Of a DNA stretch of 64,000 nucleotides, positions 20,571 through 30,013 are shown one piece after another. This DNA is from Myxococcota bacterium (GTDB lineage: Bacteria > Myxococcota_A > UBA9160 > UBA4427). The position numbers were made by a program, and so were the translations under genes. A model generated the notes under the pieces. That model did no database searches. It had not been told where the DNA came from and worked only from the letters and a program-made list of their open reading frames with translations. The stretch's first letter is position 1, and each line of letters starts with the position of its first letter. Where the stretch lies: NCBI GenBank assembly GCA_965250285.1, contig OZ252299.1, positions 2,976,001-3,040,000 of the forward strand. The letters are read 5' to 3'.

Positions 20571-21854
20571 ATGCAGGGCCAGGCTTCTCTCTTCACACGC
20601 ATTCAGACCGGCCTGGGTGACCTGCGCGGTCGCGCGCTCTGGGTCGTGTTCGGCTGCCTCGTCTGTCAGATCGGGCTCGGCTATGGCTACGTGTTGGGTC
20701 CCCTCGCCGGCGACATCATCGGCGACCTCGGCTGGACGCGAGCGATGTACTCGGGGGCGCGGGCTCCCCAGCTGATCGTCGCCTCGTTGACGAGCCCGAT
20801 CGTCGGTTGGCTGGTGATCCGACAGGGCTCTCGCCGGATCCTGCTCGCCTCGATCGTCGTGCTCGCCGCGGCGTTCCTGCTGCTCGCGCACATGCAGTCG
20901 CTCTGGCAGCTCTACGTGCTGATCATGGTGCAGGGGCTGGCGGTGACCGGGCTCGGCGACATCACCGTCGGCCAGCTCGCGAGCGAGTGGGTGCAGCGCG
21001 GGCGGGGTCTCGCGCTCGGCATCGTCTACACCGGGTCGAACATCGGCGGCTACCTGATGGTCGCGCTCGCCGGCTGGATCACCGAGCTCTGGAGCTGGCG
21101 AGAGGCGTTCACGGTGATGGGCATCGGGGCGCTCGGCGTGATGCTGCCGATCGCCTGGGCCACGGCGCGCCGTCCCGATCGCGCGATCGAGCATCACCCC
21201 ATCGAGGCGAGCCCTCAGTCGACCGAGGCCGCAGCCGAAGCGGCGACGGCCGAGCCCGAGGCCTCGATGTCGGGCCCCGAGGCGATGCGTACGCGCAGCT
21301 TCTGGATCCTCGCGTTCTCGCTCTTCACGTTCTTCTTCTACTTCCTCGGCATCCTCGAACACCTCGTGCTCTTTCTCACCGACAACGGGATGGAGCGCGG
21401 CGAGGCCTTCGGCTACTTCCGCACTGCGCTTGCGCTGGGCATCGTGAGCAAGGTCGTGCTCGGGGCGCTGGCCGATCGAATCCCGCATGAGCGCGCGATC
21501 CAGGTCGACTACGCCCTGCTGGCCACGAGCTCGATCTTCCTCGTGCTGCTGCCCGAGCGCATCTGGCTCTGGCCCTTCGTGCTGAGCTACGGCGTCGCGA
21601 CGGCTGCGCGCGACGTCGTCTATCCCCTGGTGATCACGCGTTGCTTCGGGCTCGCCCACATGGCCGAGATCTACGGGTTGATCATGCTCGGCCTGCTGGT
21701 CGGGGGCACGACGGGGCCGGTCTTCGCCGCTGCGATCCACGACCACTTCGGCAGCTACGACCTCGCCTTTCGCACGTTCGCCGCCCTGAACGTCCTCTCG
21801 ACGATCGCGCTGCTCTTCGTCCGCAACGAGCGGCCCATGCAGACGGCAACGTGA
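20571..21854 (+). CDS. MFS transporter
   Basis: About 12 hydrophobic segments, RGLALGI, GALADRI, EAMRTRSFW. Confidence 0.9.
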   Translation: MQGQASLFTRIQTGLGDLRGRALWVVFGCLVCQIGLGYGYVLGPLAGDIIGDLGWTRAMYSGARAPQLIVASLTSPIVGWLVIRQGSRRILLASIVVLAAAFLLLAHMQSLWQLYVLIMVQGLAVTGLGDITVGQLASEWVQRGRGLALGIVYTGSNIGGYLMVALAGWITELWSWREAFTVMGIGALGVMLPIAWATARRPDRAIEHHPIEASPQSTEAAAEAATAEPEASMSGPEAMRTRSFWILAFSLFTFFFYFLGILEHLVLFLTDNGMERGEAFGYFRTALALGIVSKVVLGALADRIPHERAIQVDYALLATSSIFLVLLPERIWLWPFVLSYGVATAARDVVYPLVITRCFGLAHMAEIYGLIMLGLLVGGTTGPVFAAAIHDHFGSYDLAFRTFAALNVLSTIALLFVRNERPMQTAT

Positions 21855-21951
21855 CACCCAGCTGGGCGGCGTTGTCGCCGCCGCCGATCTCGGCTTAACT
21901 TCGCCCGACGCTGCGGGCGAGTCGCCCGACGCGGCAGCGAGGAATCCCGCC

Positions 21952-22041
21952 ATGACGTTCTTCACGGTGCGGGTCCGTGGCCTCCGCGAGGCGCCCGAGA
22001 CGGGCGCGCACGACGAGGCTCGGTCAGCACTTCCTTCATAG
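21952..22041 (+). CDS. Putative leader peptide MTFFTVRVRG... (29 aa) overlapping the erm-like start
   Basis: GAGGA RBS 8 nt upstream of the ATG; R-V-R at residues 7-9. Confidence 0.5.
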   Translation: MTFFTVRVRGLREAPETGAHDEARSALPS

Positions 22042-22825
22042 ACCCGAGCGCTGTGCCCAGCTCGTCGCCACGGCGGGCCTGAGTGAGACCGACTGCGTCG
22101 TCGAGATCGGTGCCGGGCGAGGTGCGCTCACGGGGCTCCTGGCCGAGCGCGCCCGCCGCGTGATCGCGGTCGAGTTCGATCCGGGGTGCGTGCGCGCACT
22201 TCGCGCCGCGTTCGGCCGCTCGCGTCGGATCGACGTCGTCGAGGCCGACTTTCTGCAGTGGCCGCTCCCACGTGGGCCCTACAAGGTCTTCGCCAACCCA
22301 CCCTTCGGTCACACCGCCGCGATCGTACGGCGGCTGACCGAGAGCGATCGGCCTCCCGAAGAGGCCTGGCTCGTGCTCGAAGACGCGGCCGCCCGTCGTT
22401 TCACCGGCGCTCCGTGGGCGCCCGAAACCCTGCGCTCGCTGCTCCTCAAGCCCGCGTGGCACCTCGAGCTGCGCGCCGAGCTCGGCCCGGGCGACTTCTC
22501 ACCGCCAGCCGCCCGCCGGTGCGCCCTGCTCTGGATGAGCCGGCGACAGCACGCGCTCATCGCCCCCGACCGGCGCGCGCTCTGGAACGATTTCGTCGCG
22601 CACGCGTTCGGTCGACATGGCAACGTGCTCGAACGTTGCCTGCAGGGCGTGCTCACCAGAGAGCAGGTGCGCCGCTGCGCACGATCGCTCCGCTTCGACG
22701 CGCAGGCCGCGCCGTCGGCGCTGGGTTTCGAGCAGTGGCTCGGGCTGTTTCGATGCTTCGAAGAGCGAGCGGGTCGGAGCGCCAGACGGCGCGTGCGCGG
22801 CGCCCTCGAACGGCTCCCCCGCTAG
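21977..22825 (+). CDS. rRNA adenine N6-methyltransferase, Erm-like (Erm/KsgA family)
   Basis: LGQHFL, VEIGAGRGALT, AVEFD, FANPPF. Confidence 0.8.
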   Translation: MASARRPRRARTTRLGQHFLHRPERCAQLVATAGLSETDCVVEIGAGRGALTGLLAERARRVIAVEFDPGCVRALRAAFGRSRRIDVVEADFLQWPLPRGPYKVFANPPFGHTAAIVRRLTESDRPPEEAWLVLEDAAARRFTGAPWAPETLRSLLLKPAWHLELRAELGPGDFSPPAARRCALLWMSRRQHALIAPDRRALWNDFVAHAFGRHGNVLERCLQGVLTREQVRRCARSLRFDAQAAPSALGFEQWLGLFRCFEERAGRSARRRVRGALERLPR

Positions 22826-22977
22826 AGATGCTCTGCAGAACTCGCCCCCCGCCGCGGGCCGCTCTACGGGATGAACTCGATCGCTGATCAGCAGACGTTC
22901 GCAGGCGACGCTTGGAAGCGGAAGGGTCAGGGGACGCGCCGCGAGCGCTCCCACGCCAGGAGCGCCGCGCTGTGACG

Positions 22978-23137
22978 GAAGCGTCCCGAGGCCGGGGCAG
23001 GCGGGGGGACCGCGCGCAGTTCGCAGGCGCGACGGGCGCAACAAACGAGCTTCCCAGGCAGGTCGCGCCGAGCATGTCTGAGCACGGTGCCCCCGCCTGC
23101 CCCGGCCCTGGCACCGCCGACTGTGCAGAGGTTCCCT
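22978..23137. repeat. 160-bp palindromic dispersed element, copy 1
   Basis: 23-bp inverted arms at 22990-23012 and 23085-23107; reverse complement of 35153-35312 with 11 substitutions. Confidence 0.92.
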
Positions 23138-23157
23138 GGCGCCGAGAGCGCGCCGGG

Positions 23158-23940
23158 CTACGCGCGCTGGCTCGAGACCGCGACGACCTCGCCCGTCATG
23201 TAGCTCGAGTAGTCGCTCGCGAGAAAAGCCATCACGCGCGCGATCTCGTCGGGCTGGGCGCCGCGGCCATAGGCCTCGGCCGCCTCGAGCGCTTCGAGCT
23301 GATCCTTGGGTGTGGTCTTCTCGAGGAACGGATGCGTCGCGAAGCTCGGCGACACCGCATTCACGCGGATGCCGTTCGGCGCCTCTTCGAGCGCGACGCA
23401 GCGCGTGAGCGCCATGACGCCCGCCTTGGCGGCGGCGTAGTGGCTCTGACCCGCCTGGGCTCGCCACCCGAGCACCGAGGCGTTGTTGACGATCACGCCG
23501 CTCTGACGCGACTGCATGTGCGGCAGCATCGCGCGGGTCATCCGAAAGACGCTGTTGAGCGTGACGTCGAGGACGCTGAGCCACTGGTCGTCGGTCATCT
23601 CGGCGAGGTGAGTCGTGCCGCCGAGCCCGGCATTGTTGATCAGCACGTCGACGTGACCGAGGTCTTCGATCGCCGCGGCGACGAGTGCCTGAACCTCTTG
23701 CTCGTCGGTCACATTGCAGAGCCGATGGCCGACCGGCCGACCACCGACCTCGGCCAGGTTCTCGGCCGCGGCGCCCAGCCGCTTCTCGTGCAGATCGCTG
23801 ATGAAGACCCGGGCGCCCTCGTCGACGCAGCGCTTCGCCGCGGCGAAGCCGATGCCTGCGCCGGCCGCGGCCGTGATCAGCACGGTGCGACCTTCGAGCA
23901 GACCGTGGCCGGCGACCTCGGGCGCGGGGGAGTGGCTCAT
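23158..23940 (-). CDS. ipdF: SDR oxidoreductase, IpdF-like
   Basis: GHGLLEGRTVLITAAAGAGIG, NNASVLGWRAQ.GQSHYAAAK. Confidence 0.8.
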   Translation of the reverse strand: MSHSPAPEVAGHGLLEGRTVLITAAAGAGIGFAAAKRCVDEGARVFISDLHEKRLGAAAENLAEVGGRPVGHRLCNVTDEQEVQALVAAAIEDLGHVDVLINNAGLGGTTHLAEMTDDQWLSVLDVTLNSVFRMTRAMLPHMQSRQSGVIVNNASVLGWRAQAGQSHYAAAKAGVMALTRCVALEEAPNGIRVNAVSPSFATHPFLEKTTPKDQLEALEAAEAYGRGAQPDEIARVMAFLASDYSSYMTGEVVAVSSQRA

Positions 23941-25121
23941 GCCGGGCGCGGCTCCTTGGGCAGGCCGAGGGCCCGCTCGCTGATGATGTTGCGCTGAATC
24001 TGGTTCGAGCCGGCGTAGATCGTGTCGCTGCGCGTGAACAGGTACATGCGCTGGAGCCGCGACAGATCGTAGGGCGCGCCGTTCGCGATCTCGGCCTCGG
24101 GGCCGATCACGTCCATCGCGAGCTTGCCGAGCTCGCGATGCCAGGTGGCCCAGAAGATCTTGGTGATCATCCCCTCACGACCGCCGTCGACGCCCTCGTG
24201 ACTCAGCGTGCGCAGCGCGTTGTAGCGCTGGATCCGCAGCCCGATCCAGGCGTCGGCCAGGCGCTGCCGAATGAGCGGATCCTTGGCTCGGCCGTTGTCC
24301 TTCGCGATCTGGATGATCTCGTCGAGCTCGTTCTGGAAGCTCATCTGCTGGCCGAGCGTCGAGGCGCCCCGCTCGAACGCCAGGGTGCCCATCGCGACCT
24401 TCCAGCCGCCGTTCACGTCGCCCACGATGTTGGCCTCGTCGGCCTTCGCGTCGTTGAAGAACACCTCGCTGAACTCGGCGTCGCCCGTCATCTGCACGAT
24501 CGGCCGCACGTCGACACCCGGCTGGTCCATCTCGCAGAGGATGTACGAGATGCCGCGGTGCTTCGGCTGCGCGTTCGCGTCGGTGCGGCAGACCACGAAG
24601 CACCAGTCGCTCCAGGCCGCGCCGCTCGTCCATACCTTCTGGCCGTTCAGCACCCACTCGCCGTCGACGAGCTCGGCGCGGGTCTGCACGTTGGCGAGAT
24701 CACTGCCGGCGCTGGGCTCGCTGTAGCCCTGGCACCAGATTTCCTCGCCGCTCAGGATGCCGGGCAGAAATCGCTGCTTCTGCTCTTCGGTGCCGAAGTG
24801 GATCACCGTCGGCGCGAGCAGGCCCTCGCCGATGTGCCCCATGCGGCCGGGGCCCTGGGCGCGCGCGTATTCTTCATAGAAGATCACCTGCTGGGTCAGC
24901 GAGAGATCGCGGCCGCCCACGTCCTTCGGCAGCGCGATGCCGATCCAGCCGGCGTCGCCCAGCTTGCGCTCCCAGGCCTTGCGCTCGTCGACGAGCGAGT
25001 GCTCGTCACCCGGGCCACCGCGGCCCTTCACGGCCTTGAACTCGCCGTTCAGGTGCTCGGCGAGCCAGCCGGCGATCTCGCGGCGGAAATCCTCGTCTTC
25101 GTCGCTGAAGCGGGCATGCAT
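23937..25121 (-). CDS. fadE30: Acyl-CoA dehydrogenase, FadE30/IpdE1-like
   Basis: GRGGPGDEH, WCQGYSEPSAGSD, LFTRSDTIYAGSNQIQRN; ATGA overlap with ipdF. Confidence 0.78.
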   Translation of the reverse strand: MHARFSDEDEDFRREIAGWLAEHLNGEFKAVKGRGGPGDEHSLVDERKAWERKLGDAGWIGIALPKDVGGRDLSLTQQVIFYEEYARAQGPGRMGHIGEGLLAPTVIHFGTEEQKQRFLPGILSGEEIWCQGYSEPSAGSDLANVQTRAELVDGEWVLNGQKVWTSGAAWSDWCFVVCRTDANAQPKHRGISYILCEMDQPGVDVRPIVQMTGDAEFSEVFFNDAKADEANIVGDVNGGWKVAMGTLAFERGASTLGQQMSFQNELDEIIQIAKDNGRAKDPLIRQRLADAWIGLRIQRYNALRTLSHEGVDGGREGMITKIFWATWHRELGKLAMDVIGPEAEIANGAPYDLSRLQRMYLFTRSDTIYAGSNQIQRNIISERALGLPKEPRPA

Positions 25122-25188
25122 GGGGCGGGGGACCTCGAAACGGGCGATTGGGGAGGATTGGGGACGCCTGGAAGGCCCGAAGAGATTA

Positions 25189-25205
25189 CGATACGCTGCG
25201 ACTCG
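25189..25205. promoter_or_regulatory. Candidate TetR operator copy 2, between divergent fadE30 and fadD3
   Basis: ATTA-CGATACG-CTG-CGACTCG. Confidence 0.65.
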
Positions 25206-25259
25206 AAACAACCCCCGGCGGGGATCCCGCCTTATGCGACCGGCGCACCGGAGAAGCCG

Positions 25260-26816
25260 ATGGAACCGACCACCCCCCAGCTCGTCGAGGGCGCGGCCGC
25301 ACGCTTCGGCAGCGACACCTACATCGAAGACGGCGACGTACAGATCAGCTTCGAGGATCTGGCCGATCGCGTCGTGCGCGCCGGCCGTGCGTTCGCGGCC
25401 GCGGGCGTCGAACCCGGCGACTGCGTCGGTGTCTGGGCGCCGAACTCCTGGCAGTGGATCGTGTCGGCCCTCGGCCTGCAGGCCGCCGGTGCGACCCTCG
25501 TCGCGCTGAACACGCGCTGGAAGGGCGCCGAGGCAGCGTACGCCCTCTCGCGCACGAAGACGAAGCTCGTCGTCACGGCGGGCGACTTCGTGGGCTTCGA
25601 CTACCTCGGCGAGCTGCAGAAGCAGGATCTGCCCGACCTGCAGAAGATCGTCTCGGTCGGCGACGACACGAACCGCGTCGAAGACTTCGATGCCTTCATC
25701 GAGGGCGGTGCGCGCTTCGACGAGGCCGAGCTGCGCAAGCGAGCCGCGGCGGTCGAGGCCGACACAACGAGCGACCTGATCTTCACGAGCGGCACGACCG
25801 GCCAGCCGAAGGCCGTGATGACCGCCCATGAACAGAACATCCGCGCGTTCGATGCCTGGGGCACCGTGGTCGGCCTGCGCCCCGGCGATCGCTACATCCT
25901 GATCAGCCCCTTCTTTCACGCCATGGGCTACAAGGCCGGCTGGCTCGCGTGCCTGATCAAGGGCGCGACCGCCCTGCCCCACGCCGTCTTCGACGCCGAT
26001 GCCATCACCGAGCGCGTCTCGAAGGATCGCATCAGCGTGCTCGTCGGCCCGCCGACGATCTACCAGACGCTGCTCGCCTTGCCCGACATCGCCGAGCGTG
26101 ACGTCGAAGCGCTTCGACTCGCGGTGACCGGCGCCGCCCCGGTGCCGGTCGAGATGATCGCGCGCATGCGCAGCGAGCTCGGCTTCGAGACGATCATTAC
26201 CGGCTACGGGCTGACCGAGTGCTGCGGCATCGTGAGCATGTGTCGCCACGACGACGCGCCCGAAACCATCTCACGGACGAGCGGCCGCGCGATCCCCGAC
26301 GTCGAGGTGAAGTGCGTCGATCGCGAAGGCGTCGAAGTGCCGCGGGGTGAGCCCGGCGAGGTCGTCGTGCGCGGATACAACCTGATGCAGGGCTATCTCG
26401 GGGACCGCGCCGCCACCGACGAGACGATCGACGGGGACGGCTGGCTGCACACCGGCGACATCGCCGTGATGGACGACGCGGGCTACGTCACGATCACCGA
26501 CCGCATCAAGGACATGTACATCTGCGGTGGCTTCAACTGCTACCCGGCCGAGATCGAGAACATCCTCTTCGGTCGCGGCGACATCGCGCAGGTGGCGGTC
26601 GTGGGCACGCCCGACGACCGCATGGGCGAGGTCGGCGTCGCGTTCGTCGTCCCGGGCCCGGGCGCGCGCCTCGATGCCGAAGGGCTCCGCGGGTGGAGCC
26701 GCGACCACATGGCCAACTACAAGGTGCCCCGACGCTTCGAGCTCGTCGACGAGCTGCCGACGAACGCGACGGGCAAGATCGACAAGATCAAGCTGCGTGA
26801 GGTGGCCGCGGGCTGA
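25260..26816 (+). CDS. fadD3: Acyl-CoA synthetase, FadD3 (HIP-CoA ligase)-like
   Basis: IFTSGTTGQPK, PFFHAMGYKAG, GYGLTE, HTGD, GGFNCYPAEIE; divergent from fadE30. Confidence 0.78.
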   Translation: MEPTTPQLVEGAAARFGSDTYIEDGDVQISFEDLADRVVRAGRAFAAAGVEPGDCVGVWAPNSWQWIVSALGLQAAGATLVALNTRWKGAEAAYALSRTKTKLVVTAGDFVGFDYLGELQKQDLPDLQKIVSVGDDTNRVEDFDAFIEGGARFDEAELRKRAAAVEADTTSDLIFTSGTTGQPKAVMTAHEQNIRAFDAWGTVVGLRPGDRYILISPFFHAMGYKAGWLACLIKGATALPHAVFDADAITERVSKDRISVLVGPPTIYQTLLALPDIAERDVEALRLAVTGAAPVPVEMIARMRSELGFETIITGYGLTECCGIVSMCRHDDAPETISRTSGRAIPDVEVKCVDREGVEVPRGEPGEVVVRGYNLMQGYLGDRAATDETIDGDGWLHTGDIAVMDDAGYVTITDRIKDMYICGGFNCYPAEIENILFGRGDIAQVAVVGTPDDRMGEVGVAFVVPGPGARLDAEGLRGWSRDHMANYKVPRRFELVDELPTNATGKIDKIKLREVAAG

Positions 26817-26867
26817 GCGGGCCAGCGCTGGCCCCTACCCGTTCGCGCCCCACCGAAGAGGATCGAC

Positions 26868-28448
26868 ATGTCTGCGCCCGCGCCGCTGCTCGAGATCCCC
26901 TGCCTGTGGTCGCTGATCGAGGCGCGGGCCGATTCGACGCCCGATGCGCTCTTCGCGGTCGACGAGCAGGAGCGCACCTGGAGCTTCGCCGACTACCGCG
27001 ACGCGAGCCTCCGCTGCGCGGCCGGCCTCGCCGCGCTGGGCGTCGGCGAGGGCACGCGCGTGTCGTGGGTGCTGCCCACCTGGCTCGAAGCGATGGCGCT
27101 CGTCGGGGGCCTCGCGCGCCTCGGCGCGGTGCAGAACCCGATCCTACCGATCTACCGCGAGCGCGAGATCGGCTTCGTGACGCGTCAGATCGAAGCCTCG
27201 CTGCTGGTCGTGCCCGGCACATTCCGGGGCTTCGACTATGCAGCGATGGCGAACGACATCGCCGCGCAGCAGCCGGGCCTCGACGTGCTCGTCGTCGACC
27301 GCGACGCGCCGTCGGGCGACCCCGCGCAGCTCGCCCCGTGGCGGGCGCCCGATGACGATCCGGTGCGCTGGCTCTTCTACACGAGCGGGACGACCGCCGA
27401 TCCGAAGGGAGCGCAGCATACGGACGGCACGCTCAGCGCGTTCTCGCTCGGTCTTTCGCGCTGCGTCGACCTGCAGCCCGACGATCGCGTCGCGCTCGTC
27501 TTTCCCTTCACGCACATCGGGGGCATCGGCTGGCTCTACTGCGGGCTGCAGGCCGGCGCCGGTCACATCGCGGTCGAGGCATTCGACCCGGCGACGACGA
27601 TCCCGCTGCTCGCGAAGCACGGCGTCACCCAGGCGACTGCGGGCACGGCCTTTCATCAGGCGTATCTCGCCGCCCAGCGCGCCCAGCCCGGCGAGACGCT
27701 CTTTGCGCACGTGCGCACGTTCCCGGGCGGCGGCGCACCGAAGCCGCCGCAGCTGCACTACGACGTCAAGAACGAGCTCGGCGGCACGGGCATCGTCTCG
27801 GGCTACGGCATGACCGAGTGCCCGACGATGGCGATGAATCGTGCGGGCGACGACGACGAGAAGCTCGCGCACACCGAGGGTCAGAGATCGCCCGATACGG
27901 TCGAGCTGCGCGTCGTCACGCTCGACGAGCGCGTGGCCGCGGCGGGCGAGGAAGGCGAGATCCGCGTCAAGGCGCCTCAGCTCTGCAAGGGCTACGTCGA
28001 CGCTTCGCTGAACGAAGCGGCCTTCGACGCCGACGGGTTCTTTCGCACCGGCGACCTCGGCCATCTCGATGCCGACGGCTACGTCGTCATCACCGGCCGG
28101 CTGAAGGACGTGATCATTCGCAAGGGCGAGAACATCAGCGCCAAGGAGATCGAGGATCTCCTCTACACGCACCCCGACGTCGAGGACGTCGCGGTGATCG
28201 GTCTCCCCGATGCGAAGACGGGCGAGCGCTGCTGCGCCGTCGTGGTGCCGAAGGCGGGGCGCCCGGCGCTCGATTTCGACGCGATGGCGGCGCATCTGCG
28301 CGCCGCGAAGCTGATGGTGCAGAAGATCCCCGAGCAGCTCGAGATCGTCGACGCGCTGCCGCGCAACCCGACCGGCAAGGTCGTGAAGCACGAGCTGCGC
28401 GATCGGTTCGGCGAACCCGGTGGCGCCGCGCCTCAGAACGAGACGTAG
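26868..28448 (+). CDS. AMP-binding acyl-CoA ligase (cyclohexanecarboxylate-CoA-ligase-like)
   Basis: YTSGTTADPKG, GYGMTE, RTGD, IIRKGENI. Confidence 0.88.
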   Translation: MSAPAPLLEIPCLWSLIEARADSTPDALFAVDEQERTWSFADYRDASLRCAAGLAALGVGEGTRVSWVLPTWLEAMALVGGLARLGAVQNPILPIYREREIGFVTRQIEASLLVVPGTFRGFDYAAMANDIAAQQPGLDVLVVDRDAPSGDPAQLAPWRAPDDDPVRWLFYTSGTTADPKGAQHTDGTLSAFSLGLSRCVDLQPDDRVALVFPFTHIGGIGWLYCGLQAGAGHIAVEAFDPATTIPLLAKHGVTQATAGTAFHQAYLAAQRAQPGETLFAHVRTFPGGGAPKPPQLHYDVKNELGGTGIVSGYGMTECPTMAMNRAGDDDEKLAHTEGQRSPDTVELRVVTLDERVAAAGEEGEIRVKAPQLCKGYVDASLNEAAFDADGFFRTGDLGHLDADGYVVITGRLKDVIIRKGENISAKEIEDLLYTHPDVEDVAVIGLPDAKTGERCCAVVVPKAGRPALDFDAMAAHLRAAKLMVQKIPEQLEIVDALPRNPTGKVVKHELRDRFGEPGGAAPQNET

Positions 28449-29140
28449 AGCCCACCCGTCACGTCGCCCTGCGAGAGCACGGTGGTGTTGTCGAGCGACA
28501 CACCGCAGGTCAGCCCCCCCGATGAGGCGCAGAACCAGGACGCGTCACTGTTGATCACCGTGCCGAGGTAGCGAATCTGCGCCTTGATCCCGACGTGCTT
28601 CACGATCGGGATCTTCAGCCCCCCGATCGCCGAGAACGAAAAGAACCAGTCGGTGCTGGCGCTGGTGTTGATCGGCGTGATGTGTGTGGCGCCGATGCCG
28701 AGGCCGATGAACGGCACGAGGTGCTTCTGCATCGGCAGGTCGAGCTCTCCGCCGAGCTGCAGGATGCCGATGTCGACGTCGAAGCTGGTCGAAGGCGGTA
28801 CGCCCGTCGCCGAGTCGAAGTGCGCCGTCGTGGCCTGACGCGAGTAGCTGACGAAGGCAAAGCCGTCTTCCTGCACGCGCAGCCCGGCCTGCACCGTCCA
28901 CGCCTGGGCCGGGTCGATGTCGATGTTGCCCTCTTCGAGGTTCAGCGAGCCGCCGAACTGGATGCCGTAGAGGCCGGTGATCTGCACCTTGCCCGGATCG
29001 ATGATCTCGGGCTTCGGTCGAGAGCCCTGGGCGAGCGCGGACTCGCCCACGAGGAGCGCGCACGCGGCGAGCAGCCCGGCGGCGGCGCGCAGCTGTCGGC
29101 GGCGGCATCGGCCGAGTCGATGCGGGTGCTTGCGGATCAT
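28433..29140 (-). CDS. Outer-membrane beta-barrel protein
   Basis: Signal peptide ending ALAQ, beta-strand pattern, C-terminal GLYVSF. Confidence 0.72.
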   Translation of the reverse strand: MIRKHPHRLGRCRRRQLRAAAGLLAACALLVGESALAQGSRPKPEIIDPGKVQITGLYGIQFGGSLNLEEGNIDIDPAQAWTVQAGLRVQEDGFAFVSYSRQATTAHFDSATGVPPSTSFDVDIGILQLGGELDLPMQKHLVPFIGLGIGATHITPINTSASTDWFFSFSAIGGLKIPIVKHVGIKAQIRYLGTVINSDASWFCASSGGLTCGVSLDNTTVLSQGDVTGGLYVSF

Positions 29141-29281
29141 CCATCCCCCCTCGGCGCCGAGCGCCGTCTGGACGAGCATCGCGCGAATCGACGCGATTCC
29201 AATGGCCTATCGGCATTTCTGCCGATTCATGAAGGGGGATTCGGAGGTAAGGGGGTTCGGAACGCCGGCGGTCGACTCGGG

Positions 29282-29881
29282 CTATCGGCTCGCGAGGATG
29301 CCCGAGAGCGCCAGATCGACCATCGGGCCCACGCTCTTCGCGTTCAGCCGGCCCCCCTTGAAAAAGAGGGTGACTGCGATGGGCCCGACCACCAGATCGG
29401 TGGCCAGGTCGATATCGAGATCGGCGGCAATCTCGCCGCGCTCACGGGCCCGCTCGAACGCTTCGCTGAGCGGCCGACGACGGCCGAGGCTGACCGGCGT
29501 GAAGAGTTCGTCGAGCTCGGGGTTGTGGCTGCGCTCGCCGGCGAGGCTCGGCAGCACGGCTGCGAGCGCCGTCGTGTTGAACGTCTCGATGTAGCTCGTC
29601 AGCATGCGCTTGAGGTCGTCGGCCAGACGCCCGGTATCGCACGCCTCGAAGGCCGGCAGCTGACCGAACGCCTCGACGACGAGGGGCAGCTTCGAGGGCC
29701 AGCGGCGATAGATCGTGGCCTTGCCGACGCCCGCGCGTGTGGCGACCCCCTCGACCGTGAGCGCCGAGAAGCCGACCTCGGCGAGCAGCTCGAGCGTGGC
29801 ATCGAGGATCGCCTTGTGGGCCTCCTCGCTGCGGGGCCGGCCGGTGCTCGCCGCCGTCTCGGTCTTGCCGGGTGCGCTCAT
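29282..29881 (-). CDS. TetR/AcrR family regulator
   Basis: GRPRS..ILDATLELL..LTVEGVATRAGVGKATIYRRWPSK. Confidence 0.93.
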   Translation of the reverse strand: MSAPGKTETAASTGRPRSEEAHKAILDATLELLAEVGFSALTVEGVATRAGVGKATIYRRWPSKLPLVVEAFGQLPAFEACDTGRLADDLKRMLTSYIETFNTTALAAVLPSLAGERSHNPELDELFTPVSLGRRRPLSEAFERARERGEIAADLDIDLATDLVVGPIAVTLFFKGGRLNAKSVGPMVDLALSGILASR

Positions 29882-29974
29882 GATTCCCTTGGGGTGCGGT
29901 CCACTCGTCCCGATGGGGCGGCGTGGAGTCGGTGACGGGCGGGTCCCTGGCGCGCCCGTCCCGCTCGGACATTA

Positions 29975-29991
29975 CGATACTATACGTCTCG
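29975..29991. promoter_or_regulatory. Candidate TetR operator copy 3, between tetR and the divergent ligase
   Basis: ATTA-CGATACT-ATA-CGTCTCG in an AT-rich patch. Confidence 0.7.
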
Positions 29992-30013
29992 ATTTGATTC
30001 ATCCGACGCCGCT

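Noticed and set aside
23937..26816. Apparent 770-aa and 892-aa ORFs suggesting fusion proteins
   Set aside because: The N-terminal extensions are antisense to the divergent partner gene; real starts are near 25121 (-) and 25260 (+)
29282..29881. Naming the TetR as kstR2
   Set aside because: Its helix-turn-helix (GVGKATIYRRW) and candidate operator differ from what I know of KstR2
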